Both the position numbers and the translations under genes were made by a program. Of a stretch of DNA of 64,000 nt, positions 23,457 through 36,249 are shown piece by piece. The notes under the pieces are model-generated. The model was not told the origin of the DNA. It ran no database searches and worked only from the letters and a program-made list of their open reading frames with translations. The first letter of the stretch is position 1. The number at the start of each line of letters is the position of its first letter. The stretch is taken from contig JAKIMF020000001.1 of the NCBI GenBank assembly GCA_022605425.2, forward strand, positions 248,001 to 312,000, read 5' to 3'. This stretch comes from Hamiltosporidium tvaerminnensis FI-OER-3-3 (lineage: Eukaryota > Fungi > Microsporidia).

Positions 23457-23911
23457 TTATTTTTAAGAATATATTTGGATTTAATATTATACTTTCTATT
23501 TTAATATTATACTTTCTATTTTAAGAATATATTTCTTTTTGATACAATATTTTTATTTTAATATTATCTTTTAATATTTAAATTTATACTTTCTAGTTTC
23601 TATTTTATTTTAATATATAGTTTCTAGTTTCTATTTTAAGATTTATATTTCATTATATTTTATACTTTCTAGTTTCTAATTTCTATTTTCAAATTTCTAT
23701 TTTAAGATTATATTTTATACTTTCTAGTTTCAAATGTATATTCTCTTTCTTAATATTTTTTAAAAAAAAGGTAAAAATTTATGTTTTTGAAAACAAATGA
23801 AATATTGTTTTAGGAAAATGTATTACATAGAAAAATAAATTTATATTCAGAATATTATCTAAATAGTTATCTAAAGATAATTTTTAATATTGAAGATTAA
23901 ATTAGAATTGC

Positions 23912-24063
23912 ATTTATTTTTCTGTGTAAATATCCATCAATTGTTTATACATTATTTAGTTCTTTTTATAGGTATCAGTTTATAATTATTTATTTTTCTG
24001 TGTAAATATCCATCAATTGTTTATACATTATTTAGTTCTTTTTACAGGTATCAGTTTATAATT
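23912..24063 (+). repeat. 76-bp tandem duplication (2 copies)
   Basis: TCTGTGTAAATATCCATCAATTG at 23921 and 23997. Confidence 0.9.
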
Positions 24064-24089
24064 ACTTATTTACTTATAAAAGTAATCTT

Positions 24090-24136
24090 AAGAGGTAGAA
24101 GAAAACATATAAAAAATGGTAAAAATATTTTAACCC
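24090..24136 (+). mobile_element. 47-bp 3'-end fragment of the RLE non-LTR retrotransposon within a 33-bp direct duplication
   Basis: AAGAGGTAGAAGAAAACATATAAAAAATGGTAAAAATATTTTAACCC matches ~46795-46842. It is flanked by TATAATTACTTATTTACTTATAAAAGTAATCTT at 24057-24089 and 24137-24169. Confidence 0.85.
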
Positions 24137-24280
24137 TATAATTACTTATTTACTTATAAAAGTAATCTTTAATATTTATTTTTTATATAGATAATTGTCT
24201 AATTATAATCTATTAAATTACAATTTAATTTAGTTAATATATTTATAATAATATATCATATGATTCAATTGTTTTAAAAT

Positions 24281-24746
24281 TTTATGTCCAAATTTATAAG
24301 ATAAAATATTAAATAAAAAAATTACTTTTTTCTACATAATTCTTATTTGATATTTAATTTTATGTCCAAATTTATAAGATAAAATATTAAATAAAAAAAT
24401 TACTTTTTTCTACATAATTCTTATTTGATATTTAATTTTATGTCCAAATTTATAGATAAAATATTAAATAAAAAAATTACTTTTTTCTACATAATTCTTA
24501 TTTGATATTTAATTTTATGTCCAAATTTATAGATAAAATATTAAATAAAAAAATTACTTTTTTCTACATAATTCTTATTTGATATTTAATTTTATGTCCA
24601 AATTTATAGATAAAATATTAAATAAAAAAATTACTTTTTTCTACATAATTCTTATTTGATATTTAATTTTATGTCCAAATTTATAAGATAAAATATTAAA
24701 TAAAAAAATTACTTTTTTCTACATAATTCTTATTTGATATTTAATT
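24281..24746 (+). repeat. 77/78-bp tandem array, 6 copies
   Basis: TTTATGTCCAAATTTATA(A)G.. starts at 24281, 24359, 24437, 24514, 24591 and 24668. Confidence 0.95.
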
Positions 24747-25583
24747 ATCTTATAAGTAAATTACTATTTTGTTTATTTTATTATATTCTTAGATATTATT
24801 ACATCTTAATTAGTTTAATTAGTTTAATTAGTTTAATTGGTTTAATTAGTTAAATTTTAATTATTAAATTCTAATATTATATCTTAATTAGTTTAAGATA
24901 TATTATTTTACCGTTTATATTACTAATGTATGAATTAAATTAAATATGAATTAAATTAAATTTGTTAGTTAATTAATGATTGATTTTATTGAATCTAAAA
25001 AAGTTATTAAATGACATTCTACTGATTAATAGGTCTAGTTTCATTTATTAATAACTATTACCTTTCACAATCGAGTGAAAATTTAACTTATTCCTGTATT
25101 TAAGGTTAGTAAGATTTTTTTTAAAATAGTATCTGAAAGTATTCTTTAAATATTAAATGTTCTAAAAAAGAAGGTATTTTCTAAATATTAAATCCTTTAG
25201 AGTAAGGCAAATACTTTACAAATATTAAAACCTTCTATATAAGAAAGTATTTTTTAAATATTAAATTCTTTCAAAGCAAGAAAGTATTTTCTAAATATTT
25301 GAGATCTTCTAAAATAAGAAAATACTTTCTAAATATTAAAGATTCTAACATCCTAGGTATTTTTTAAATTACAAATTGAAATATTAAAATATATAATTTA
25401 AAATAAAGAATAATTTTTATTCTAAATATAGAAATTTAAATTAATTAATTATTTGATAAATTAAAAACGAATTTACAATTTTCTAAAAAATAAATAAAAT
25501 TAAAAAAAATTGAATTTTTAATTTAAACAGAGATATATATAAGAAAAAAAAAGGTATTTATAAGAAAAAAAAAAGGTAAGAAT

Positions 25584-27388
25584 ATGATATTTTGGACTTT
25601 ACTATGTAAAATAATATTATATTTATCTTCTTATAGAACTACGCATAGTAATGTGGAAGAAAATAAAAATAGTATTTGTAATATTTATAATGAGTGTAAG
25701 AGATTTATTGTAGAAAATAATGGAAAGAGTGAAGAGGGTATTGAAGGAGAAGATGAAATTATAAATTTGGTGTTGTTAAAAGATAATACATTACGGTATT
25801 TAGTCTGTATTCAATTTGTATTCTGATTATATTTCAAGTTTTTCGTATTTTGTAGTAAAGATACAAATATCTGTGAAATCTAAAAAAATGGATTTTTTAT
25901 TTTTTAAAAAGTTGTTTAATTATTTAAAAATGTATATTTTAGATAAAAATAGAGTTAGAAATAATGTAATATTAAAAATTAAAGATTTTTCATTACCTCC
26001 AGATCCAAATTATATGGATTTTGTAGATGAAAATGATATAAAAATATTATTTGGTTGCGTAGATGGGTTTCAATCTAAATTAAGAAATATTTATACTTTT
26101 AAAGAAGCATTTTCAATTGATGATAAAATAAAAGATGTGGTTGAATTGGTTTTTTTCTTTGAAAATATACCTTCTGAATGGCAAATGGAGAAAATATTTA
26201 ATTCGTATTGCAATTTCTATTCAAAAAAAATGTTTGGTCAGAAATATTTAATGTATTTTTCCAACAAACTTTTTACACCGAAAAAGCTTGGATTCAAAAC
26301 ATTTTTTAAGAAGCTTAGAAGTTTTAAAACTAGAATTTTTTAGAAAATCTGAAGAAAAAACTGAATTTAATTTTGATGAAAACGATGAGAAAAATTCGGA
26401 ATTTTTTTTAAATTATCAGGAAAAACTTCAAAATAAAGAAGAATATTTTGATATTAGACAAACAACAAATAAAATGTTTTTTTATTTTGAAAGAATCATT
26501 AAAGACGATGATTTTTATGGTTTTATTTCAAAGAAATACCACAATAAATATTTATATATTTTACAATTTGGAAATATTCTCTCAAAAAAGAGATATGAAG
26601 TATATTTTGTGTTTAATAAAGATTCTTATACATTAGAAGGTGCAGTTTTCATAGATGGATCAGTTTATAACAATTCACATCAATTCTATCAAAAGAATAC
26701 TTTTCACAGGTTTGATTTATCTATATTTTTTAAAAATATAACTAAACTAATGAATACTTCATTAAATGAAAACTTATTTGAAAATTCTGTAAACAAATGT
26801 AATATTTTTTTCGATGAACTTATATTTATACATCCTGAATACAGAACAATGAAAACTTCTAAATTTTATAAGAATTCATTTGATAAATTATTTGAAAAAA
26901 TATCTAAAATACCTTTATTGTTTATTGAAACATGTAATGATAAAGATATAAAAACAGATTTTAGGATATTTTATTACGGATTTGAAAAAATTAATTTAAA
27001 TTACGATTTTTTAAATTATTTAAATTCTGATTTCTTTAATACTATCAATTCATATGAACAAAGAACAGTTGAAAGTAATATTTATTTACGTAAAGGTGTT
27101 TATAACTCTGAAATATTCAAAAAAATAGAAATTTTCTTTAAAAACGATGAGAAAATCAAATTACTTAAATTAAATGAAATTAAAAATTGGTTAAAAAAAA
27201 ATAAAAAAATATTTTTACAAATTAATTCAGCTATAGATAACGGAATTAAAATAAATTATTATTTTTTATTTGAAATAGATAAGTATGAAGATCCATGTGT
27301 TAATTTTACTTTTTTTACTGATTGTACTGATTTCTTATGGATTTCTAATCAACTTTATGATTCGATTTGGCTGTTTTTAACTCAATAG
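25584..27388 (+). CDS. Lineage-specific ~600-aa putative secreted protein, split into three overlapping ORFs by two frameshifts
   Basis: ORFs 25584-25826, 25816-26343 and 26288-27388 overlap end to end with uniform composition; hydrophobic N-terminus MIFWTLLCKIILYLSS. Confidence 0.65.
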
Positions 27389-27730
27389 AAATAATTTAAG
27401 TAAAATTATAAGTTTATTCTATTTTAAATAATTTAATCTGGTATTTCTTTAAAAATTATTTAGATTATTTAATATTTAAACACGTCTAATATATAATTTT
27501 TCAAGAGATACAGATTAAATTATCTTTTTTAAAAATTATATTTGATTTATTAATATATATTAGACTCAATTAAATAGTAATAATCAAATTTAATTAAATC
27601 TGTATAATCTTGTGTGTCTTTATTAATTATATTTGATTTATTAATATTTTCTTTATCTTTTTATTACAATTTAATATTTTGAAGAATTAAAATAATATCT
27701 CTTAGTATATTATTTAACTTAAAATCCCTT

Positions 27731-28188
27731 TTTATAATAGAATAAGTAAATCATCAAAATCCAAATTATAAATTTACATCCAATTCGTTACAAAATAAAA
27801 CCAAATTTTATAATAGAATAAGTAAATCATCAAAATCCAAATTATAAATTTACATCCAATTCGTTACAAAATAAAACCAAATTTTATAATAGAATAAGTA
27901 AATCATCAAAATCCAAATTATAAATTTACATCCAATTCGTTACAAAATAAAACCAAATTTTATAATAGAATAAGTAAATCATCAAAATCCAAATTATAAA
28001 TTTACATCCAATTCGTTACAAAATAAAACCAAATTTTATAATAGAATAAGTAAATCATCAAAATCCAAATTATAAATTTACATCCAATTCGTTACAAAAT
28101 AAAACCAAATTTTATAATAGAATAAGTAAATCATCAAATCTCGATTATAAATTTACATCCAATTAGTTACAAAATAAAACTAAATTTT
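27731..28188 (+). repeat. 76-bp tandem array, 6 copies
   Basis: TTTATAATAGAATAAGTAAATCATCAAAATCC.. recurs every 76 bp; the last copy is degenerate. Confidence 0.95.
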
Positions 28189-28514
28189 AAATTTGAGTTA
28201 ATTTTAAGATAAATTTAAAGATTTTTTTTTACTTTTACCATTTCATTATTCTTAAATTTTATTTTTTAAAAAACAAAGATTTAATTAAATTCTATTTACA
28301 ATAGCTAAGTATTATTTTAATTATTCTATAAATATATTTTAACTTTGATATTAGTAATCTAATTTTCTTTTATTTTGTAATTAGATTATATAAATATTTA
28401 AGAATTTATTTTTATATTTCAAAAATATTAATAAATATTCAAGATTTAAGAATTTATTTTGTAATTAGAAATGCAAAGAAAATATAAAGAAATAAAATAT
28501 AAAAAATATAAGAC

Positions 28515-29241
28515 TTTATTTAAAAGTATCACATCTTTTTAAAATAGTGGCAAGTGTTATATTTGTTTTCATGACATTAACGCAATTCTAGCTTTAACAT
28601 AAATAACTGCTACCCCAAAACTCCATCAGTAACTCCTGCGATACCTACGTCCCAAAGCCTTTCATCTACCAGGTGTGTAGAACCTAATTAATAGGCGAGG
28701 CAGTTGCCCGGAGTTCGTTAATGTCCGTTGCATGGAGTGTGATCGAAGGCCAAAGCCTCCCCTGGGCTCCCGCAAGACTATGCAGCATTCCCACTTACTC
28801 TACACTTTCTGAACCCAATAAACTTCTAGCTAAGATATATTTCAGAGATTTACATGGGGTCCACCTAGACACTGCAATGTCATACCAACAGGTATAACCT
28901 GCTACTTAGCTCTCCCGGCTTTTAATGGTTTTAATTTTTATATCTCCCAGGAGCCAAGTCTTCTTATCCGAGTAAGGCATGGTTAAGTTTCAATACTTTT
29001 ACATGAAAATTACCTACATGTTCAGCTGCGGTCTGCAATCTGGTTACATAAAAAACCAAAATAAATTTTTAGAAAAAGTTTCGCCATTTCTTAGACCTCT
29101 CCTCCTCATAACAACTCCCATGGAACAAATGAAGATGTATATGGTTTTATTCCCACCGAAAATTCAAACAATGATTCTCATACCAATTTCACACACTCAT
29201 TGCCAAGCAAAAGGTTTTTTATGTGGTTATCCTTTCTCCAC
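28515..29241 (-). mobile_element. ~720-bp dispersed non-coding element, copy b
   Basis: Full-length match from TTTATTTAAAAGTATCACATC to GTGGTTATCCTTTCTCCAC. Confidence 0.9.
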
Positions 29242-29340
29242 ATTAAAAAATTAAATTTCTATTTTTATTAATAATTGAATTTCAAAAAATTTTTACTGAC
29301 ATATTTTAAAAAAAAAAACGTTAAAATATTTTCCCCAGAA

Positions 29341-32303
29341 ATGAGCGATACTTCTATTGATAAGCCACTTCTTGTTTCAATCGAACTTAAAAATTTTATG
29401 TGTCACAAGCATTTATTTATAGAATTTAACAAAATGATGACTTGTATCGGTGGTAGAAATGGAAGTGGAAAAAGTGCAATTATGATAGCCATAGGTCTAT
29501 TATTTGGACAACGAGCTTATTCATTAGAAAGAGGAAACAGTTACAAAAATTTAATAAAAGATGGAGAAATAAATGCAAAAATACGAGTTGTTTTAAGAAA
29601 TATTAAAAATTATAAAAGATCGTTTTTTAAAGATTTTATAATTATTGAAAAGCGACTTAGAAAAGATTCTGCGCCTTTAAGTATTTACAATTTAAAAAAT
29701 AATTTATTTTCAAGTAAAAAAGAAGATTTGGATTATATTTTAGATTTATTTTCTCTTAGACTTGACAATCCGTTAAATTTTCTGACACAAGAGCAATCTA
29801 AAAAATTTTTAAATATTTCTAAACCAGAACTGTTGTATTCTTTATTTACCAAAGGTACTGAATTAGAGGATATGACAGATTTACATGTAGAAACAGAAAA
29901 TAATATTTTACAGATGAAACAAAAGATTGACATGTCAACATTACAATTAAAAAAACTTCTTGATGAACAAAAAATTAAGACAAATTGTTTAGAAGCGATT
30001 TATAAGACAAAGGAATACGAAAATAAATTAAAAAATTTAGAATCAGAAAAAGAGTGGTCCAGGTTTGAAAAAAAAAATATTCAAATTATTGAGAAAGAAA
30101 GAAATATAAAAGAAATTACAGAAAATATTTGTGAATTTGAAAATGAAAAAAATAATTTTATTAAAGAATTGGATTTTTTAATTGAAGATATAGAAAATAC
30201 CAAACAAGAACGAGAAAGATTTAAAAGAAAACATCAAACAGAAGTAACGAATTGTGAAAATAAATTAAATAATTTAGAATTACAAAATAGAGAAATAAGC
30301 AACGATTTAAATTTTTTAGAAGAAAATTTAAATAATAAAATTTTAAAGAAAAACGAAATGAATGAAAATATTTCTAAATATTTAAATTCTGATGACAAGA
30401 GAGTTGAAAAAGATATAAAAAATAAAAAAAATAAAATTTTAGAATTTGAAAAAGATTTTGAAAAACTTTTAGAAATAAAAAATGAAGCTTTAGAAGAAGA
30501 AAAAAAGTGTTTTGAAGCTGTAAATTTAGAAATGAGAAGAGTATTAATGAACAAAATAATAAAATTTTTCAATTAAAAAATCAAATTTCGTATTTTGAAA
30601 AAGTTGAAAAAAATTTGATATCTTTTTTTAATGAAAATATGCCAAATATAATGAATGAAATAAAATCTTTAAAAACAAAAGACCGTATTATTGGACCAAT
30701 AGGGTTATATATACAACTTAAAGAACATAAATGGTACAAACCTGTCAGTATTATTTTAAAAGATATTATTAGTAGTTTTATTGTTTTTAATTCAGAGGAT
30801 AGAGAATCCTTAAATAATATTTTTAAAAAATATAATTACAGTGGTTCTATTCTATTACCTTCTTTAAAAAATAATAAAGAAATAAAATTTGAAGAAAATA
30901 AAAAATTTAAAACAGTTTTAAATGTTTTAAATATTAAAGAAACGGTTGTTTTAAATCAATTAATTATTTTTTCAAATATTGAACAAATAATTTTAATTGA
31001 ATCTAGAAAAGAAGCGTATTCTGTTATTAAAAGTATGCCTTTAAATGTAGATAGTGCTTATACAATAGAAGGTGACAGAATTAAAATGTTTAGAAATAGT
31101 TTATCAGATTATCGACCAAGAAATTCAAATAAATTTTATTTTGAAAATTCTTCATTTAAAATTGAAAATTTGAAAGACGAATTAAAAAATTTAAAAAAAA
31201 CTGAAATAAAAAAATCAGCAGAAGAAGATCTAAAAAAAGTAAAAAAATTAATTATGGATACATTTAAACGGATAGATGACTTAGAAAAGAATAAAAGAAA
31301 TATTTTATCAGAACTTAAATGTATAGAATCTGTTCAAAGCAATAAAGAAAATATAAAAGATGATTTTGAAAATTTAGATGAAGAAATTGAAAGATTAAAA
31401 ACACAGAAGAAACATCTTTCTTTGAAACTTTCTGATATTAAAAATGAAATAGAAAATTGTAAAAATGAAATTTGTAAATTGAAAGAAATAAATTTTAATG
31501 AAACTCAAGACACAAACAAAATAATAAATACGAAAAGATTGGAGATACAACTGATAGATTCAAAAATTTCTTCAACAAAATTTAAACTTCAAGATATTTT
31601 TAATGAAAAATATACACTTGAAATTCAACTTGAGAAGGAAAAAGAAATATTAAAAAGTAAATATAAAGAAATTTGTAATCCTAGAAATTTAGAAGAAATA
31701 ATTGAAGAGGAAAATATTGTTTTAGCAAATCTTCAAATTTCTAAAAATTCTGGTATTGAAACTGAAATAAAAAAAGATTTGATTCAAATAAATAAAAAAA
31801 TAAAATTTAATCAAAAAATTATTTCAAATTATGAATCTAAAATTTTTAAATTGTCTGAATGTATGAAGAAACGAATTGAAAAACGAGAAGCTTTAAAAAT
31901 TACTATTTCTGAACAAGCATCAATTAAATTTGAAGAACTCACGGCACAAAGAAAATGTATTGGAAAACTTTTTTTTAATCACGACGAAAAAAAACTTGAA
32001 GTCACCATGAAAATAGACAATACAGTGTCTGGTGGTTCAAAAAATACACTTTCAGGTGGAGAACGTTCATATTCAGGTATTTGTCTTCTCTTAAGTTTCT
32101 GGTCATTTCTAAGTTGTCCAATTAAAATTTTAGATGAATTTGATGTTTATATGGATAATATTACAAGAAAATATGCTATAAGAAGTTTATTAGAATTTCT
32201 CTCTGAAAAAAACAGCCAAGTAATTTTAATTACCCCTTTAAATACCAAAGATCTTTTTTCTGAATTCTGTGAAATTATTGTTTTAGAATCACCAAGAAAA
32301 TAA
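29341..32303 (+). CDS. SMC6: Structural maintenance of chromosomes protein 6, with a 1-nt frameshift near 30530
   Basis: LKNFMCH, Walker A GRNGSGKSA, NPLNFLTQE, hinge IGPIG, signature LSGGERSYS, Walker B ILDEFDVYMD. The ATG at 29341 follows CCCC. Adding one A at TTAGAAATGAGAAG joins the two ORFs. Confidence 0.93.
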
Positions 32304-32435
32304 TTAGTTTTTACTTCTTAAAAGGTATTTGAAATTATTGCTTTGGATCTGATAAGAAAATAATTGGTTTTTACTTCTTAAAAGGTATTTGAAATTATTG
32401 CTTTGGAATAACCAAGAAAATAATTGGTTTTTACT
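32271..32435 (+). repeat. 60-bp triplication of the SMC6 3' end
   Basis: GAAATTATTG..AAGAAAATAATT.GTTTTTACT at 32271, 32331 and 32391. Confidence 0.9.
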
Positions 32436-32496
32436 CCTCAATTCTAAACTGTATTAATCTAAGAAATATTTCATTAAATTTATTCATACAAAACCT

Positions 32497-32690
32497 TAAA
32501 TAAAAAAATATTTTTTTGTAAAATAATTATTTTTTAAAAATCTAATGACACCTGTAAAACTTTATTTAAAATTAAATAAAAAAATATTTTTTTGTAAAAT
32601 AATTATTTTTTAAAAGTCTAATGACACCTGTAAAACTTTATTTAAAATTAAATAAAAAAATTTCATTTTTTGTAAAATAATTATTTTTAT
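32497..32690 (+). repeat. 76-bp tandem repeat, ~2.5 copies
   Basis: GACACCTGTAAAAC at 32547 and 32623. Confidence 0.85.
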
Positions 32691-32948
32691 GAAAATATTA
32701 TAAAAACAAATTTGAATACTTAAAGTTTAAAAACTATCTTTTATATGTTTTTTAAATACAAAATGTATAAATAAAGTATTAAAATGAAATATCGAGATAA
32801 TTTTTACATTTCTCTTTTAGGAAATATTTTAACTCTTTAGTAAAAAATAGAATTTACATGGTTATTTTTAATTTATAAGAATAAGGTTATTTAAATTGCT
32901 ATGTAATTTTTAAAAAATTTAGACAAAAATTTAAATTTATAAAAAGTA

Positions 32949-33019
32949 TGCGTAAACCGGGAATCGAACCCGGACCTCAGCCTTGGAAGGGCCGCATTCT
33001 ACCACTAGACTATTTACGC
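32949..33019 (-). tRNA. tRNA-Gly (TCC)
   Basis: GCGTAAA/TTTACGC acceptor stem, D arm TAGTGGTAGAA, anticodon stem CGGCC/GGCTG with loop CTTCCAA, T loop GTTCGATTC; 71 nt. Confidence 0.97.
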
Positions 33020-34327
33020 TTAAAGAATTGATTAATAATTGTATATAATATTTATAAAGTATATGTTTAGACTTTTGTTGGAATGAAATTAAGTAAATGT
33101 GTTTAGTATAATAATTACTTTGATATCTTTAATTCGTTGTTATAAATTTGAATTTTTGAATTATAAGTTGGTTATATTTAGATTCTATAAAACTCTATAG
33201 AATTCTGTCTTTGTGTTTTTTGATTTCATATGAATTTTTTGTTACAAATTTATCATTTAAGATGAAGTAAAATCAACGTGTGAATAGCTAATTAATCGAA
33301 TATTTAAATTATTTAGAATAAAGAATTAAGAATAGGAAAAGTACTTTTTTATACCGCGTATTTTAAGAATATATTTTGAATTTGTAAAAACTATGGATTT
33401 ATTTTTCATTTAAGGGAATTATATTTATTTCAGTCTAATATATACTTTTGATTGAAGCACTATTATAGAATTCAAATTTTAGTTCATGCTGATCTTATCT
33501 GCAATTTAACAGTTCTTTTGTTTGTAAATATAATTGTTTACAAGTGTTATTAAAATATTCGCTTCGAATAATTTAAACTGAAAAGACCAAGAAATTAAAT
33601 CTTACAGAGAAGTAATTATATATTATCTATATGTCAGTGTTAATAATATATAATATTATAACTCCTTATGATGCTTAAAAAATGGATTATTTTCTTAAAT
33701 AGTAGTTGAATTTTCACTCATAATATTAAATGGTTACCAAGTATAGGAGTTTGAATTTTGTAACTGCGGGTCGTTTTAATACGAAAATATTCTTTTGTAG
33801 CCAAAGTTAAGAAAATTTACTTAAAAACCTCGTATTTTTATGAATAATTGGTTCTTCTATTAAAAATACCTTAAAATACCGAAAACGAATTTCTTTGATT
33901 TAGGAAATGAACTGGGCATGATTGAACTAGAAGAAAGGAAAGAAAAATATAGGATAATGTAATACATAGCTAAACAGCGCATATATATATAGATTCTACC
34001 ACGAATGAAGCTTTAAACAAGCAAATATTGTTAATATAGAACCTGAAAGATTCTAGCTGAACAATAACCTCAAAAAATGCACTCTGGAATTTAGGATTAA
34101 AGTCAAATATTATTGAGACTGAATATAAGAGAAATGGAAAGATTAAGCTAAACATAAAGAACCAAAAATCAAAATGACTTAAATAAAATCCAATTATTTG
34201 TTCAATTTCCAAATATTCAATGGAAGTAGTTTAAAAGCAGTAATTTAATGTTACAATAGGAATTATATATTTTAATTTTAGAACACTAGTAATCTTATTC
34301 TATTGTATTACCAAAGTCTATAAAAAA

Positions 34328-34391
34328 GGGGAGATGTTCCACCTGCAGAACATAAGTAGCATACATTTTGTTTTGCTGGTATAACATCTCC
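34328..34391 (-). ncRNA. Putative ~65-nt hairpin small RNA, copy 1
   Basis: Stems GGAGATGTT/AACATCTCC and GCAGAAC/GTTTTGC. On the minus strand, TATAAAA lies ~26 nt upstream and T6 directly downstream. Confidence 0.5.
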
Positions 34392-34889
34392 AAAAATTAT
34401 GAAACAATCGTTTTATAAAATAATTTTTTAATTTTTAGTAATTATTGTGGTATTTTTTGTTTTTATCGTCTAACATTTAGTTTTATCGCGAATTTTCTTT
34501 AAATAGCTAATTGATTTCTGTCATTGATGTTGGGGTTTAATAATGTGAAGAGCAAATGATAAATTTCGAGAGAAAATATTTTGTCAGTCCGATTAAAAGA
34601 AGTATATTGTTATAACCTTTTTAAAGACGGTTTTATTAGAATTTAGGTGTTTTGAGAAAGTAATATACTAAAACTTAGCAATATATTTTACATTAATAAA
34701 ATAAAATGTACTTTTCAAGTTCTTAGACTTTTCGATTATTTTTTATATGATACACAATCTATTTTTTATACATTCAAATAATTTCCTGGCATATATCTTA
34801 TTTATCTTTTTAAATTCCTATATATCATCTGTAGCACATTTCTTATTGACATTTTATAAAATACATTTTAATATTTTTAATTAAAATAT

Positions 34890-35600
34890 TAAAATATCAT
34901 ATCATTTTAAAGCGGTGGCAAATGTTTCATTTTTTTTCATAATATTAACGCAGTTCTAGGTTAGCCATTAATACAATAACTTGAACCAAGCACTACATCG
35001 GGACTTCATTTGATGCCTATATTCCAAGGCATTACATCTAGAAAGTACGTAAATCCAATTGGTGGCGAAGCAGTATCATAGAGACTCTTTAATGCTCGTT
35101 GCATGGAGTTTATTATAGGTTTTAACTTATCTAGGGCTCCTCCAAAGATATGCAGTATTCCCACTTACTCTACACTTTCTGAACCCAATAAACTTCTAGC
35201 TAAGATATATTTCAGTGACTTGCATGGGGTCCACCTAGACAGTGCAATGTCATACCAACAGGTATAACTTGCTACTTAGCTTTCCTGGCTTTAAATGGTT
35301 TTTTGTTTTGTATCTCCCAGGCGCTAAGTCTTCTAACCCGAGTGAGCAAGGCTAGGTTTCCATGCTTTTACATGGCAATTACCTACATGCTCAGCTGCGG
35401 TCTGCAATCTGGTTAGATAAAAAACTAAAAATAATTTTGTAGAAAAAGTTTCTCCATTTCTTAGACCACTGCTCATTACAAAAACACCCATGGAACAACC
35501 GAAGATTTGGTGTGTTTTATTTCCACAAAAACCTAGACAATATCTGCACCAATTTTTCATATTCATTGCAACAAAAATGTTTTTTGCAATTATCCTTCCT
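34890..35600 (-). mobile_element. ~720-bp element, copy c (divergent, inside the tandem array)
   Basis: Central blocks conserved; ends divergent. Confidence 0.85.
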
Positions 35601-35683
35601 CTCTTAGCAATCCAAGACAAATAATTTATTCAAATTAATTAATTCGAGTAATATAATTCTATTATGTAAATAAATACAAAAAA

Positions 35684-35748
35684 TGGAGATGGTTTAACCT
35701 GCAGAACACATGTAGCATACATTTCGTTTTGCTGGTTAACCATCCCCA
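35684..35748 (-). ncRNA. Putative ~65-nt hairpin small RNA, copy 2
   Basis: GGAGATGGTTTAACC-T-GCAGAAC..ATGTA-GCA-TACAT..GTTTTGC-T-GGTTAACCATCCCC; TATA box and T6 on the minus strand. Confidence 0.55.
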
Positions 35749-36249
35749 GTGATTGAGAAAAAAACCGTTTTATAATTTTTTTTTAGATGTTTAGTAATTA
35801 TTGTGGTATTTTTTGTTTTTTTGTACAATATTTAATTTAATCTGTATTTTCTTAAAATAGTTAATAGATAAGAAGTTTTTAAAATGAAGATTTAAAGAGC
35901 AAAAGAAATATCTTCTAAAAAGCCAACTATTAGTTATAATTTATATAACTATGTTGCCATAACTTTTTCATGGACGGTTTTACCAGTGTTCAAGAATCTA
36001 TAATTAATCCATCAATAGAATTATATATTTGCCATAATATAATAAAATAACCTTCAATGTCAAATAGACCTGTCTTTTATATTATATAGTTTTTTCTTCT
36101 TCAATCCATTTATTTTATAAATCCTAATAATTTTTATGATTTTAGCCTTATTCGAACTTTGAAATTCCTATATAGCACTTATAACACCACATTTCTATTG
36201 ATATTTCATAAGCCTACCCCATTTTAATATTTTTTATTTATAATATTAA

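Noticed and set aside
24281-28188. Regular arrays as possible CRISPR
   Set aside because: Units are identical head to tail with no unique spacers, there are no cas genes, and the context is eukaryotic.
28979-29254. ORFs inside 720-bp elements (also 35333-35620)
   Set aside because: Not conserved in frame or strand across copies.
29275-29340. ORF-track non-ATG starts for SMC6 (29275) and TAF9 (59824)
   Set aside because: Downstream ATGs preceded by CCC motifs (29341, 59875) fit the homologous N-termini better.
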